A DNA stretch of 37,094 bases from Spirochaetales bacterium (lineage in GTDB: Bacteria; Spirochaetota; Spirochaetia; Sphaerochaetales; Sphaerochaetaceae). Positions 16,771-24,964 of the stretch are shown in pieces. The position numbers and the translations under genes are program-made. The notes beneath the pieces are model-generated. The model saw only the letters and a list, made by a program, of their open reading frames with translations. It made no database searches and had not been told where the DNA came from. The stretch covers positions 1-37,094 of the forward strand of contig JAFVFA010000052.1 in the NCBI GenBank assembly GCA_017475725.1, written 5' to 3'. Numbering within the stretch: position 1 is the stretch's first letter; each line of letters begins with the position of its first letter.

Positions 16771-17892
16771 ATGAAAAGCATGAAGAGAACAGTCCTTGCT
16801 CTTGTTGTTCTGTTTGCACTGTGCCTTCCCGTCTTCGCGGCGACCAATGAATATGAGGCTGCTGTGGCGGAGATTGTGGAGACCTTCGCCAATGTTCTGG
16901 GCAAGGGCACCACAGTTGCGTTCGTTTCCATGGAAAGCGATTCGGAGGCTTTCTCCTCCAGATTCATGTCGGATGTGGAAAGGGGGCTTGTGAACCGCGA
17001 TGCCATTGTCCTTGACAGAAGCAACATCGATGCCATTGTGGCGGAGCTGGAGTTCCAGACAAGCGGCCTGGTCGATGATGACCAGGCGGTCTCCATCGGT
17101 CACATGCTCGGGGCGCAGATGATAATATCGGCAAAGGCATCAAACCAGGTCTCCGCCTATCATGTCGACATCCAGCTGATAGACATAGAGACCACTCTGG
17201 TCAGAAGGCATCTTGTCTACGACCTGAAGCAGGACCAGAACCTGAGGAACATCATCAGCGGAAGCTCATCGAATGTCGGAAGCCAGAAGATCGGCATCGG
17301 ACTGCGTGGCGGCATGAACTTCGGGTTCAACAAGGCCCATGAGGATATGGTCGGAACCGGGACAAGACCCGCTGAGGAGTCCCCGAAGACGTTCACTCCG
17401 ACTTTAAGCGCCTTCTACAGGGTCATGGACACCCTGAAGGTGCAGCTCGAGCTCTCCTACTTGGAGAACGGCATTGATGTCTACGGCTTCTACGATGACT
17501 ACAGCGGCTACACGCTTGACATTGATGTCCGGTACAAGACGCTGGACATTCCGCTTCTTCTGGCATGGAACTTCATCCAGAAGCCTGTGAGCGTGGATGT
17601 CTTTGCCGGGGCCTATGCCTCCATCCCCGTCAGCACAGCCAACATCTCGTATGACATCGAAGGCCACGGCAACCTCAAGGGTTCGGTCGATGTCACCGGT
17701 GTTGTGTTCGGCGTTGTCGGAGGATTCGATGCCGGCTTCAGAGTCGGTCCCGGCAATGTTGTGGTGGATGCAAGGTTCTTCTATGACCTGACACCCGCAA
17801 TGGCCCAGGGTGAGCTTCTGGGCGAAGGTTCGCAGGGTCTTATGTACCGCAGAGGCGTGATCGTGTCTGCCGGTTACATGTTCGAGATCTGA
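16771..17892 (+). CDS. Outer-membrane protein: N-terminal CsgG/LpoB/FlgO-type periplasmic domain fused to a C-terminal OMP beta-barrel
   Basis: An SPase-I signal is present (LCLPVFA-AT). The N-domain TTVAFVSMESDSEAFSSRFMSDVERGLVNRDAIVLDRSNIDAIVAELEFQTSGLVDDDQAVSIGHMLGAQMIISAKAS...YHVDIQLIDIETTLV matches the CsgG/LpoB/TolB-N-like pattern. The C-terminal half shows alternating-hydrophobic strands rich in G/Y/F and ends ...VSAGYMFEI, an aromatic-x-hydrophobic OMP terminus. Confidence 0.7.
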   Translation: MKSMKRTVLALVVLFALCLPVFAATNEYEAAVAEIVETFANVLGKGTTVAFVSMESDSEAFSSRFMSDVERGLVNRDAIVLDRSNIDAIVAELEFQTSGLVDDDQAVSIGHMLGAQMIISAKASNQVSAYHVDIQLIDIETTLVRRHLVYDLKQDQNLRNIISGSSSNVGSQKIGIGLRGGMNFGFNKAHEDMVGTGTRPAEESPKTFTPTLSAFYRVMDTLKVQLELSYLENGIDVYGFYDDYSGYTLDIDVRYKTLDIPLLLAWNFIQKPVSVDVFAGAYASIPVSTANISYDIEGHGNLKGSVDVTGVVFGVVGGFDAGFRVGPGNVVVDARFFYDLTPAMAQGELLGEGSQGLMYRRGVIVSAGYMFEI

Positions 17893-17898
17893 TTAGAT

Positions 17899-17945
17899 CC
17901 CATCCCATTGCCGGTGCGGGGTGGCTCGGAATGGGATGGGTTTTT
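17899..17945 (+). terminator. Rho-independent terminator closing the 2688-17892 operon
   Basis: A perfect 11-bp stem, CCCATCCCATT (17899-17909) with AATGGGATGGG (17930-17940), encloses a 20-nt GC-rich loop. TTTTT follows at 17941-17945. The element starts 7 nt after the stop codon. Confidence 0.85.
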
Positions 17946-17996
17946 CCTCTTTCCGTAAAGTGTGGACCCCCTGAAATTTCCTCTTTCCGTAAAGTG
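17943..17996. repeat. Perfect 20-bp direct repeat TTTCCTCTTTCCGTAAAGTG x2 (period 34)
   Basis: Copies lie at 17943-17962 and 17977-17996, immediately after the terminator. Confidence 0.9.
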
Positions 17997-18001
17997 AAAA
18001 G

Positions 18002-18125
18002 TAGTTAGCGCCAGAAACTATAGATGATTTTGGCGCTAAGTCAAATAAAAATATAGTTAGCGCCGAAAACTATAGTTGAATTCGGCGCTATTGTGGTTAA
18101 TAATATGGTTAGCGCCAAAATGGTA
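18002..18125. repeat. Two tandem hairpin elements sharing TAGTTAGCGCC(A/G)AAAACTATAG, plus a third half-copy, upstream of ATPase gene 1
   Basis: Hairpin 1 pairs TTAGCGCCA (18005-18013) with TGGCGCTAA (18031-18039), 9 bp. Hairpin 2 pairs TAGCGCCGAA (18058-18067) with TTCGGCGCTA (18081-18090), 10 bp. A third GGTTAGCGCCAAAA at 18107-18120 has no partner arm and lies about 25 nt before the ATG at 18144. Confidence 0.85.
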
Positions 18126-18143
18126 CACTCGGAGGGACAAATT

Positions 18144-19562
18144 ATGCTGATTGGTCGAGATCAAGAACAAAGGAAGCTGAGGGAAGCATATCAGGCTGAA
18201 GAATCCCAGTTCATTGCCGTGTATGGAAGACGCAGAGTAGGCAAGACCTACCTTATCCGTGAAAGCTTCGGATCAGGCTTCACCTTTCAGCATACCGGCT
18301 ACTATGGTGGAAAGCTTTCCGATGAATTGTTTGAATTCTGTGCATCTCTACGAGAGTATGGGCTGACAGATTTTGAAAGGCCCAGGAACTGGCTTGAGGC
18401 ATTTGAGCTCCTTAAAGACTTGATCAGAGGCTCAAAAGGGGAAAAGAAGGTGATATTCCTTGATGAACTGTCATGGATGGATACTCGTGGCAGTGATTTC
18501 ATCATGGCTTTGGAAGGGTTCTGGAACAGTTGGGCTTCTGCTAGGAAGGATATTCTTCTTATTGTCTGTGGTTCTGTGACATCTTGGATGCTGAGTAAAA
18601 TAATCCACAACAAGGGAGGTCTATATAATCGTTTGTCCTGCAGAATCCACCTCCAGCCTTTTACCCTCAAAGAGTGTGAGGAATATATTAAATCTAAAAA
18701 AATAGTTATGAACCGTCATCAGATTCTCGAGAGCTATATGATAATGGGTGGTATTCCGTATTATTGGAGTTTCCTTGAAAAAGGATTGAGTCTAGCACAG
18801 AACATTGACCGCTTGTTTTTTTCCAATGATGCTCCTTTGAAGCAGGAATTCGACTATTTGTACTCTGCACTGTTCAAGAGACCCGAGCCATATCTGGAAA
18901 TCGTTTCTGCCTTGGGAAAGAAAAAGACCGGTATGACAAGAGAAGAACTACTTAAGGTTACACATTCGACAGATTCTGGAAATTTTTCCACTCGATTGGA
19001 GGAGTTGGAAAGTTGCGGTTTCATTCGGAAGTATCGCCGGTATGGAATGAAGGAGCGTAATTCAAACTATCAATTGATTGATAATTATACACTCTTCTAC
19101 TTCAAGTTTTTGGATGACAGGCCCACAGATGAGCATTATTGGAGTAATCAGATCAACACGCCAAAGGTCAATGCTTGGTGCGGATTGGCCTTTGAAATGG
19201 TTTGCCTTGAGCATGTCCCTCAGATTAAGAATGCGCTTGGAATCTCCGGGGTTTTGACTGAGGCATACTCATGGATTTGCAAAGAGGATTCAGAGAAGGG
19301 CATACATGGATCTCAGATAGATTTGGTCATTGCCAGAAAGGATCAGGTGATCGACTTATGTGAAATGAAGTTTTCAGTGAAGATGTTTTCTATAACGGAG
19401 AAGATTGATGAGTCCATCAGACGGAAGGCTTCAGATTTTCTTCTGTCCACAGGCGCAAAGTATGCGATTCATACGATACTGGTGACTCCTTATGGAGTTG
19501 CAGATCGCTCCTACGTAGGGAGTATACAGAAAGTCATTACAACAGAGGACCTGTTTTCTTGA
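18144..19562 (+). CDS. Orphan ATP-binding protein, archaeal-type ATPase (Arch_ATPase) + DUF234-like C-terminal PD-(D/E)xK-like domain
   Basis: I prefer the ATG at 18144 because GGAGGG lies 7 nt upstream; the ORF is open from 18093. MLIGRDQEQRKLREAY....FIAVYGRRRVGKTYLIRE is the family N-terminus with Walker A, and VIFLDELSWM is Walker B. The C-terminal GSQIDLVIARKDQVIDLCEMKFS resembles a D...(D/E)xK nuclease-fold core. Confidence 0.8.
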   Translation: MLIGRDQEQRKLREAYQAEESQFIAVYGRRRVGKTYLIRESFGSGFTFQHTGYYGGKLSDELFEFCASLREYGLTDFERPRNWLEAFELLKDLIRGSKGEKKVIFLDELSWMDTRGSDFIMALEGFWNSWASARKDILLIVCGSVTSWMLSKIIHNKGGLYNRLSCRIHLQPFTLKECEEYIKSKKIVMNRHQILESYMIMGGIPYYWSFLEKGLSLAQNIDRLFFSNDAPLKQEFDYLYSALFKRPEPYLEIVSALGKKKTGMTREELLKVTHSTDSGNFSTRLEELESCGFIRKYRRYGMKERNSNYQLIDNYTLFYFKFLDDRPTDEHYWSNQINTPKVNAWCGLAFEMVCLEHVPQIKNALGISGVLTEAYSWICKEDSEKGIHGSQIDLVIARKDQVIDLCEMKFSVKMFSITEKIDESIRRKASDFLLSTGAKYAIHTILVTPYGVADRSYVGSIQKVITTEDLFS

Positions 19563-19669
19563 GTTCGGTTCAGAAGCTACGGTGAAGGGGCAAAAACAAG
19601 GTCGGCACCCGTGTGGATGTCGGCCCTGAAGTTGCTCTTGATGCTTGGGTTCGGATCCCATGATTCGGA

Positions 19670-21406
19670 TCACATCTTCATGGAGGATGAGAGGTCCGTT
19701 CCCTTTCTTGTGTTCATCGTGTAGATGATCGCGAAGACGACGATCAGGAGGACGGTTGAAAGTGCGCTTGCCCTTCCGAGGTTGTTCTCGTTGACGGCGT
19801 TGAAGATCTGGATCGGGACGGTCCTTGTCTTTGCACCGTACAGGAGGATCGTTGTGCTCAGCTCCTGCAGGAGAGTCGTCAGCGTCATGACCGAACCTGA
19901 GATGATGGCAGGCATGATCAGCGGCACGCTGACTCTTCTGAAGGTGTAGAACCATGTTGCACCGCTTATCGTGCTGGCCTCCTCGAGTGACGGGTTGAGC
20001 TGCGTCAGGTTCGCCGCTACCGAGCGGTAGACGTACGGGGTCCTTCTGATCATGTAGGAGATGATCAGGATGGCGTAGGTTCCTGTCAGCTTGAAGATTC
20101 CGTTTCCGCCGAATGCTGAGAGCAGGGCGATTGAGACGACTGTTCCGGGCAGGATGAACGGGGCCATGATGGACAGGTCCAGAAGAGCGGCTCCCTTCGG
20201 TCTCTTCCTCTCTGTGATGTAGGCTAGGATGGAGCCGAAGACGGCACACATCAGTGTGGCTGTGATCGAGAGGAAGAAGGAGTTGAACAGCTCGTGGCTG
20301 GACTTCTTGAAGATGTTCGCGTAGTTCTCCCATGTGAAGCCTGTGGGCAGGAGACCGGTCCATCTCTTGAAGAAGGACATGACGATGATCGTCACCTGCG
20401 GCAGGAGCGAGAAGATCAGGACTATCAGGCAGAGGATGATGGCGAACAGCCTTGCGCCGAAGCTCGTGTGCTGCTTGATCTCCGTGTGAGTGGCGGAGAT
20501 GGTCTCGTACTCGTGGCGTGAGACGATGTACTTCTGCAGATAAAGCACCAGACCTGTGATTATGACGTTGATGACTGCGATGGACGATGCCAGGTTGATG
20601 TCTCCGGCGCCGCTGTATGCGAACTTGATCAATGTCGGGAGCACGTAGTTGTTTCCGCCTATGACGGCCGGGATTCCGAAGTTTCCGATCGCTCTGACAA
20701 AGACCAGGAGTGCGGAGGCTCCGAGTGACGGGATGATCAGAGGAAGTGTTATGGTCCTCATGATCCTTGTCCTTCCTGCACCCATCAGGCTTGCGGACTC
20801 CTCAAGAAGTGCGTTCGCACCGGAGAATGCTCCATAGGCCATCTGGAAGACGAAGGGGTAGTAGGTCAGCGTCATGCAGAGGATCATTCCGAACATTCCG
20901 TAGATGCTTGGGATTGTCACTCCGAAAGGCTTGAGGAGCCAGTTGATGGCCACTCTGACTATTCCGTTGTTTCCCAGCAGGATGACCCATGTGTAGGCTC
21001 CTACGAATGACGGCATGATTATCGGCAGGATTCCGAGGGACACAAGGAGCTTCTTACCCGGGATCTTGACCCTGGCGACGCAGTAGCCCATCGGCACTCC
21101 GATCAGGATGCAGAAGATCGTGACGGAGAGGCTGACGATGATGGAGTTGATCAGCGCCTTGAGGTAGAGCTTGGTGCCGAAGAAGGTCCTGAAGCCCTCA
21201 AGTGACCACCCTGTGAACTTGAATGTGTACTCTGCAGGTGCCCAGAAGGCCCTCACAAGAGTGATTGCCATAGGATAGAGCAGGAAGATCGCAATGAAGA
21301 TCATGGGGATCATGAAGATGATCAGCTGGGAGAAGTCCTTCTGGAAGAACTTCTTGATCTTGTTGGTCTCCGCTCCATTCTCGATCATGGAGTATTTTGC
21401 GCTCAT
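19670..21406 (-). CDS. ABC transporter permease, fused two-domain (12-TM) Fe3+/AfuB/ThiP-type
   Basis: The 578-aa product is very hydrophobic. It carries two EAA-loop motifs (EESASLMGAGRTRIMRTITLPLIIP and LEEASTISGATWFYTFRRVSVPLIMP). Its start overlaps the stop of the ATPase gene by 4 nt. Confidence 0.85.
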   Translation of the reverse strand: MSAKYSMIENGAETNKIKKFFQKDFSQLIIFMIPMIFIAIFLLYPMAITLVRAFWAPAEYTFKFTGWSLEGFRTFFGTKLYLKALINSIIVSLSVTIFCILIGVPMGYCVARVKIPGKKLLVSLGILPIIMPSFVGAYTWVILLGNNGIVRVAINWLLKPFGVTIPSIYGMFGMILCMTLTYYPFVFQMAYGAFSGANALLEESASLMGAGRTRIMRTITLPLIIPSLGASALLVFVRAIGNFGIPAVIGGNNYVLPTLIKFAYSGAGDINLASSIAVINVIITGLVLYLQKYIVSRHEYETISATHTEIKQHTSFGARLFAIILCLIVLIFSLLPQVTIIVMSFFKRWTGLLPTGFTWENYANIFKKSSHELFNSFFLSITATLMCAVFGSILAYITERKRPKGAALLDLSIMAPFILPGTVVSIALLSAFGGNGIFKLTGTYAILIISYMIRRTPYVYRSVAANLTQLNPSLEEASTISGATWFYTFRRVSVPLIMPAIISGSVMTLTTLLQELSTTILLYGAKTRTVPIQIFNAVNENNLGRASALSTVLLIVVFAIIYTMNTRKGTDLSSSMKM

Positions 21407-22524
21407 ATCTCTCTTCCCTCCGGTGAGAACAGGGCGACTCTGGACTGGTCGAATGTGACGTTGATGGTGTCGCCTTCATGGATGTCCTTCTGCAGGCTGT
21501 CCATGTCGATCTCGAATGTGACAGGTGAGATGTTGCCGTTCACCTCGACCTCGTAGCGGATGAAGGATCCGAGGTGCTGGATGATTCTGACCTTGCCCGG
21601 GACGGCCTTGTCCGAAGCCTGCGTGGTGACTGACAGGTACTCAGGTCTTCCGCCTATGAGAACCTGGTCTCCGACCTTGGCGTCCACATGCTGCCTTTCG
21701 GGCTTGATGGCCACACGGATTCCGGTGGAGTCTATCTCCGCGACCGTCTCCTCTGCGTCCTTGGAGACCACATGCGCGTTGAAGAAGTTCATCTTTCCGA
21801 TGAAGTTCGCGACGAATGCGTTTCTGGGCTGGTTGTAGAGCTCGTCCGATGTGCCTATCTGCTCGACCAGGCCCTTTCTGAGGACGGCGAGTCTGTCTCC
21901 TACGGCCATGGCCTCCTCCTGGTCATGGGTGACGAAGATGGTTGTGATGTTCGTCGCCTTCTGGATCCTTCTGATCTCGGCTCTCATGTAGCGGCGAAGC
22001 TTGGCATCCAGGTTGGCAAGAGGCTCGTCCAGAAGAAGAACGTCCGGGTCGTAGACAAGGGCGCGGGCGATGGCGACACGCTGCTGCTGTCCGCCGGAGA
22101 GGGCTGTCGGGCTCGGGTTTCTCTTGAGCTCCTCCTGAAGCCCTACAAGCTCCATGACCTCGGTGACCTTCTTCTTCACGATGTCGTTCGGGACCTTCCT
22201 GACTCTGAGACCGTATGCAACATTCTCGAAGATCGACATGTGAGGGTAGAGCGCATAGCTCTGGAAAACCATTCCGATGTTCCTCTTGTAAGGAGGTATG
22301 GTCGAGATGTCGACGTCACCATAGTACATCTTTCCGGATGTGATGGTGTCCAGACCTGCCGTGTTCCTGAGCAGGGTGGTCTTTCCGCATCCTGATGGTC
22401 CGAGGAGGCAGAAGAGCTCCCCTTCGTTGATTGTGAAAGTCACATCCTTGAGGGCGTGCACTTCATTCTTTGTCCCCAACCCGAAAATCTTGTTTACATT
22501 CTCATATCTTACTGTCTTGCTCAT
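21403..22524 (-). CDS. ABC transporter ATP-binding protein (FbpC/PotA/AfuC-type with C-terminal TOBE-like domain)
   Basis: Walker A GPSGCGKTT, signature LSGGQQQRVAIARAL and Walker B VLLLDEPL are all present. A C-terminal extension of about 130 aa follows. Confidence 0.9.
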   Translation of the reverse strand: MSKTVRYENVNKIFGLGTKNEVHALKDVTFTINEGELFCLLGPSGCGKTTLLRNTAGLDTITSGKMYYGDVDISTIPPYKRNIGMVFQSYALYPHMSIFENVAYGLRVRKVPNDIVKKKVTEVMELVGLQEELKRNPSPTALSGGQQQRVAIARALVYDPDVLLLDEPLANLDAKLRRYMRAEIRRIQKATNITTIFVTHDQEEAMAVGDRLAVLRKGLVEQIGTSDELYNQPRNAFVANFIGKMNFFNAHVVSKDAEETVAEIDSTGIRVAIKPERQHVDAKVGDQVLIGGRPEYLSVTTQASDKAVPGKVRIIQHLGSFIRYEVEVNGNISPVTFEIDMDSLQKDIHEGDTINVTFDQSRVALFSPEGREI

Positions 22525-22563
22525 GAGAGGGTGTTTCTCCTGTTTCTTGTGTTATAAAAGTAA

Positions 22564-22588
22564 GGGCCGCCCGCCAGGCAGGCAGCCC
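22564..22588 (-). terminator. Possible intra-operon attenuator hairpin after the binding-protein gene
   Basis: GGGCCGCC (22564-22571) pairs with GGCAGCCC (22581-22588), 7 of 8 bp. On the minus-strand transcript it is followed by UUACUUUUAU. It sits in the 84-nt gap between the SBP stop and the ATPase start. The call is weak. Confidence 0.3.
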
Positions 22589-22608
22589 CAATTTGTGATC
22601 CTTGTGGA

Positions 22609-23592
22609 TTACAGCAGAGCGTTGAAGTCAGCTCTGAGCTGCTTCTTGAGATCTCCTGCCTCGATGGCATCGTACTCGAAGAACGGGAGCTCGTTGAGTG
22701 CCGGCAGGAAATCCGGTCCGCCGACCTCTGTTGAGACAGGTCTTCTTCCGACGCTTCTGATGACCTCAGCGCCACCCTTTCCAGTGAACCAGTCCATGAA
22801 GATCTTTGCAGCCTCGAGGTTCTTGCAGCCATCGATGATTCCTGCACCCTCGATTCTTCTTCCTGTTCCCTCCTGTGGGTAGAGGTAGTTGACCGGGCTT
22901 CCGTTTGCCATTGCGCTTGAGACGTTGCTCTCACCTGTCATCGTCAGAGCATACTCGCCGCGTGCGACAGCCTGAGGACCGGACTTGGAGTCTGTGACGT
23001 ATGTTGTTCCGTTCTTTGCGATGGCCTCTGCAAGGCTGAGGTCGCCTGTGAGCTTGTACATCATGTAGAGCTGTGCATATGCGCTTCCGGATGATGACGG
23101 GTTGGTCATGACGATCTTTCCGTAGTACTTCGGATCTGCAAGGTCGAACCATGACTTAGGAACATCATCGCCCTTGAGGAGGTCTGTGTTGTACATGAAT
23201 GTCTGGAGAGGCATTGAACATGCATACCATCTTCCCTCAGGATCCTTGTACTCTGCATCGAACTTTGCATCGTTGACGTTCTTGTACGGATAGAGGTTCG
23301 CTGCCATCGGGATAAGGCTGTCCTGGGCGATCAGGAGGACGACGTCCGAGTCAGATGAGTTCTGCTGGACCAGTGTGAGGACATCTCCGGAGTCCTTCTC
23401 AAGGTGAGTGACTGAGATGTTCGGATACTCTTTGTTGAAAGCCTCGATGAGGGCTTCACTCTCTGATTCCTTACCGGCGCTGAGGATGACAAGCTCCATC
23501 TTCTCCGCACCCTTGTTCTCTGCTGCCGCCTCTGCGAAGACTGCTGTGAAAACAGTTGCGAGGATCAGCATGACCACGAATAGTTTCTTCAT
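22609..23592 (-). CDS. ABC transporter periplasmic substrate-binding protein, Fe3+/AfuA/thiamine-type family
   Basis: A signal peptide is present (VFTAVFAEAAA). The SBP layout includes ...VILSAGKESE...NPSSSGSAYAQLY...GEYALTMTGESN...YPQEGTG.., typical of the FbpA/AfuA/TbpA cluster. The ligand cannot be assigned from sequence. Confidence 0.8.
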   Translation of the reverse strand: MKKLFVVMLILATVFTAVFAEAAAENKGAEKMELVILSAGKESESEALIEAFNKEYPNISVTHLEKDSGDVLTLVQQNSSDSDVVLLIAQDSLIPMAANLYPYKNVNDAKFDAEYKDPEGRWYACSMPLQTFMYNTDLLKGDDVPKSWFDLADPKYYGKIVMTNPSSSGSAYAQLYMMYKLTGDLSLAEAIAKNGTTYVTDSKSGPQAVARGEYALTMTGESNVSSAMANGSPVNYLYPQEGTGRRIEGAGIIDGCKNLEAAKIFMDWFTGKGGAEVIRSVGRRPVSTEVGGPDFLPALNELPFFEYDAIEAGDLKKQLRADFNALL

Positions 23593-23763
23593 AATAGCCT
23601 CCTAGTAATTCGCTATACAGTTTATTTTATCATGAAAATTACTAAAGGCAACCGAGATGTTCATGAATTTTTGTTCAAGCGGACAGGGGTGCTTTTTCTT
23701 CGCCGATGTTGTACTATTGCAATGTCGGACAGACAGATCCCGAATTTGGAGAGCAGGACTCAA

Positions 23764-24957
23764 ATGGTACTACACGGACGCTTGGTTCTCAAAGACAGAG
23801 TGGTTGACGGATATCTCCGCGTCATTGACGGACGGATATCCGGGATATCGGCATCGAAACCTCCCATCCCGGAAGGTGAGGAGTATCTGGACTACGGTGA
23901 CAGCTTCATCATGCCCGGCTTCGTCGACACACATACGCATGGAAGCGGTGGATTCGACTTCATGGACGGGAGTGAGGAGGACATAGTCGGAGCTGCGCGC
24001 AGCCATGCACGCTTCGGCACGACGACCTGCCTTCCGACAGCTCTGACAAGCTCTGATGAGGAGATGGTCGAATTCCTGAAAAACCTTGGTGCAGTGCACA
24101 GAATGCAGGTTTCCGGAAATCTTCCGGGCTGTGCCAAGATGCCCGGAACCCACCTTGAGGGACCGTATTTCGACATGGTTGAGAAGGGTGCCCAGGACCC
24201 CAGATACATCAGGGATCCGGAGCCGAGACACTACAACATGCTGCTTGAAGCAGGAGACGGCTTGATAAAGCGCTGGTCGGTGGCCCCAGAGAGACCTGGT
24301 GCATTGGAATTCATAGATACAATGGTGAAACAGGGCATTGAAGTCTCTGCGGCTCATACTGCCGCCACCTATGATGACGTCTCCAGGGCATTCGACCACG
24401 GCCTGAACCTCCTGACTCACTTCTACAGCGGCATGAGCACAATCTCAAGGCGGGGTGGCTTCAGGGTCCTGGGAACGGTTGAGAGCGGCTATCTGATAGA
24501 CGGCATGAACATAGAGCTGATCTGCGACGGAAGCCATCTGCCTCCGGAGCTTCTGCGTATGATCTTCAAGCTCAAGGGCCATGACAGGATAATAGCCTGC
24601 TCTGACAGCATGAGGGGTGCAGGAATGCCTGACGGTCCGTCGATACTCGGTCCGAAGAACAACGGCACGGCCTGCATCATCGAGGACGGGATAGCCAAGA
24701 TGCCTGACCGCACATGCTTTGCAGGAAGCGTGGCCACGGGCGACAGGCTTGCAAGGACGCTGCACTGCATCATGGGGCTTTCCATGGATGAGGTGTCCAG
24801 GATCCTCTGCCTCCAGCCTGCAGCTCTGATGGGTCTGGACGATGAGGTCGGCTCTCTGGAGGTCGGAAAGGCTGCGGACCTTGTTGTCTGCAATGATGGA
24901 ATCGAAATCAAGAAAGTCTATATAGACGGCGTTGCAATCCGCAATGCCGGAAAGTGA
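23764..24957 (+). CDS. nagA: N-acetylglucosamine-6-phosphate deacetylase family amidohydrolase
   Basis: Motifs GFVDTHTHGSGGFDFMDG, HLEGPYF, SAAHTAATY, THFYSGMS and the C-terminal LEVGKAADLVV match NagA. The ORF is open from 23632. I prefer the ATG at 23764 (MVLHGRLVLKDRVVDGYLRVIDGRISGI, the typical NagA N-terminus, with GGAGAG 10 nt upstream). The ATG at 23722 is an alternative. Confidence 0.8.
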   Translation: MVLHGRLVLKDRVVDGYLRVIDGRISGISASKPPIPEGEEYLDYGDSFIMPGFVDTHTHGSGGFDFMDGSEEDIVGAARSHARFGTTTCLPTALTSSDEEMVEFLKNLGAVHRMQVSGNLPGCAKMPGTHLEGPYFDMVEKGAQDPRYIRDPEPRHYNMLLEAGDGLIKRWSVAPERPGALEFIDTMVKQGIEVSAAHTAATYDDVSRAFDHGLNLLTHFYSGMSTISRRGGFRVLGTVESGYLIDGMNIELICDGSHLPPELLRMIFKLKGHDRIIACSDSMRGAGMPDGPSILGPKNNGTACIIEDGIAKMPDRTCFAGSVATGDRLARTLHCIMGLSMDEVSRILCLQPAALMGLDDEVGSLEVGKAADLVVCNDGIEIKKVYIDGVAIRNAGK

Positions 24958-24964
24958 GGTTACC

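Noticed and set aside
17943-18125. Possible CRISPR array (also considered for 25711-25806)
   Set aside because: There are only 2-3 copies. The 'spacers' are 12-30 nt and partly conserved, the repeats differ between the two loci, and no cas genes are in the window.
19431-20363. 310-aa minus-strand ORF overlapping the 3' end of ATPase 1 and the permease in another frame
   Set aside because: The product is Arg/Pro/His-rich with no family signal. It overlaps two well-supported genes and so looks like an out-of-frame artefact.
21688-22882. Plus-strand ORFs 21688-22395 and 22340-22882, antisense to the ABC ATPase and SBP
   Set aside because: They are shadow ORFs opposite genes carrying Walker A/B motifs, the ABC signature and SBP motifs.
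23632-23763. N-terminal extension of nagA (MKITKGNRDVHEFLF...)
   Set aside because: The extension has no similarity to NagA N-termini and would consume the divergent promoter region. The ATG at 23764 has an RBS and the canonical NagA start.
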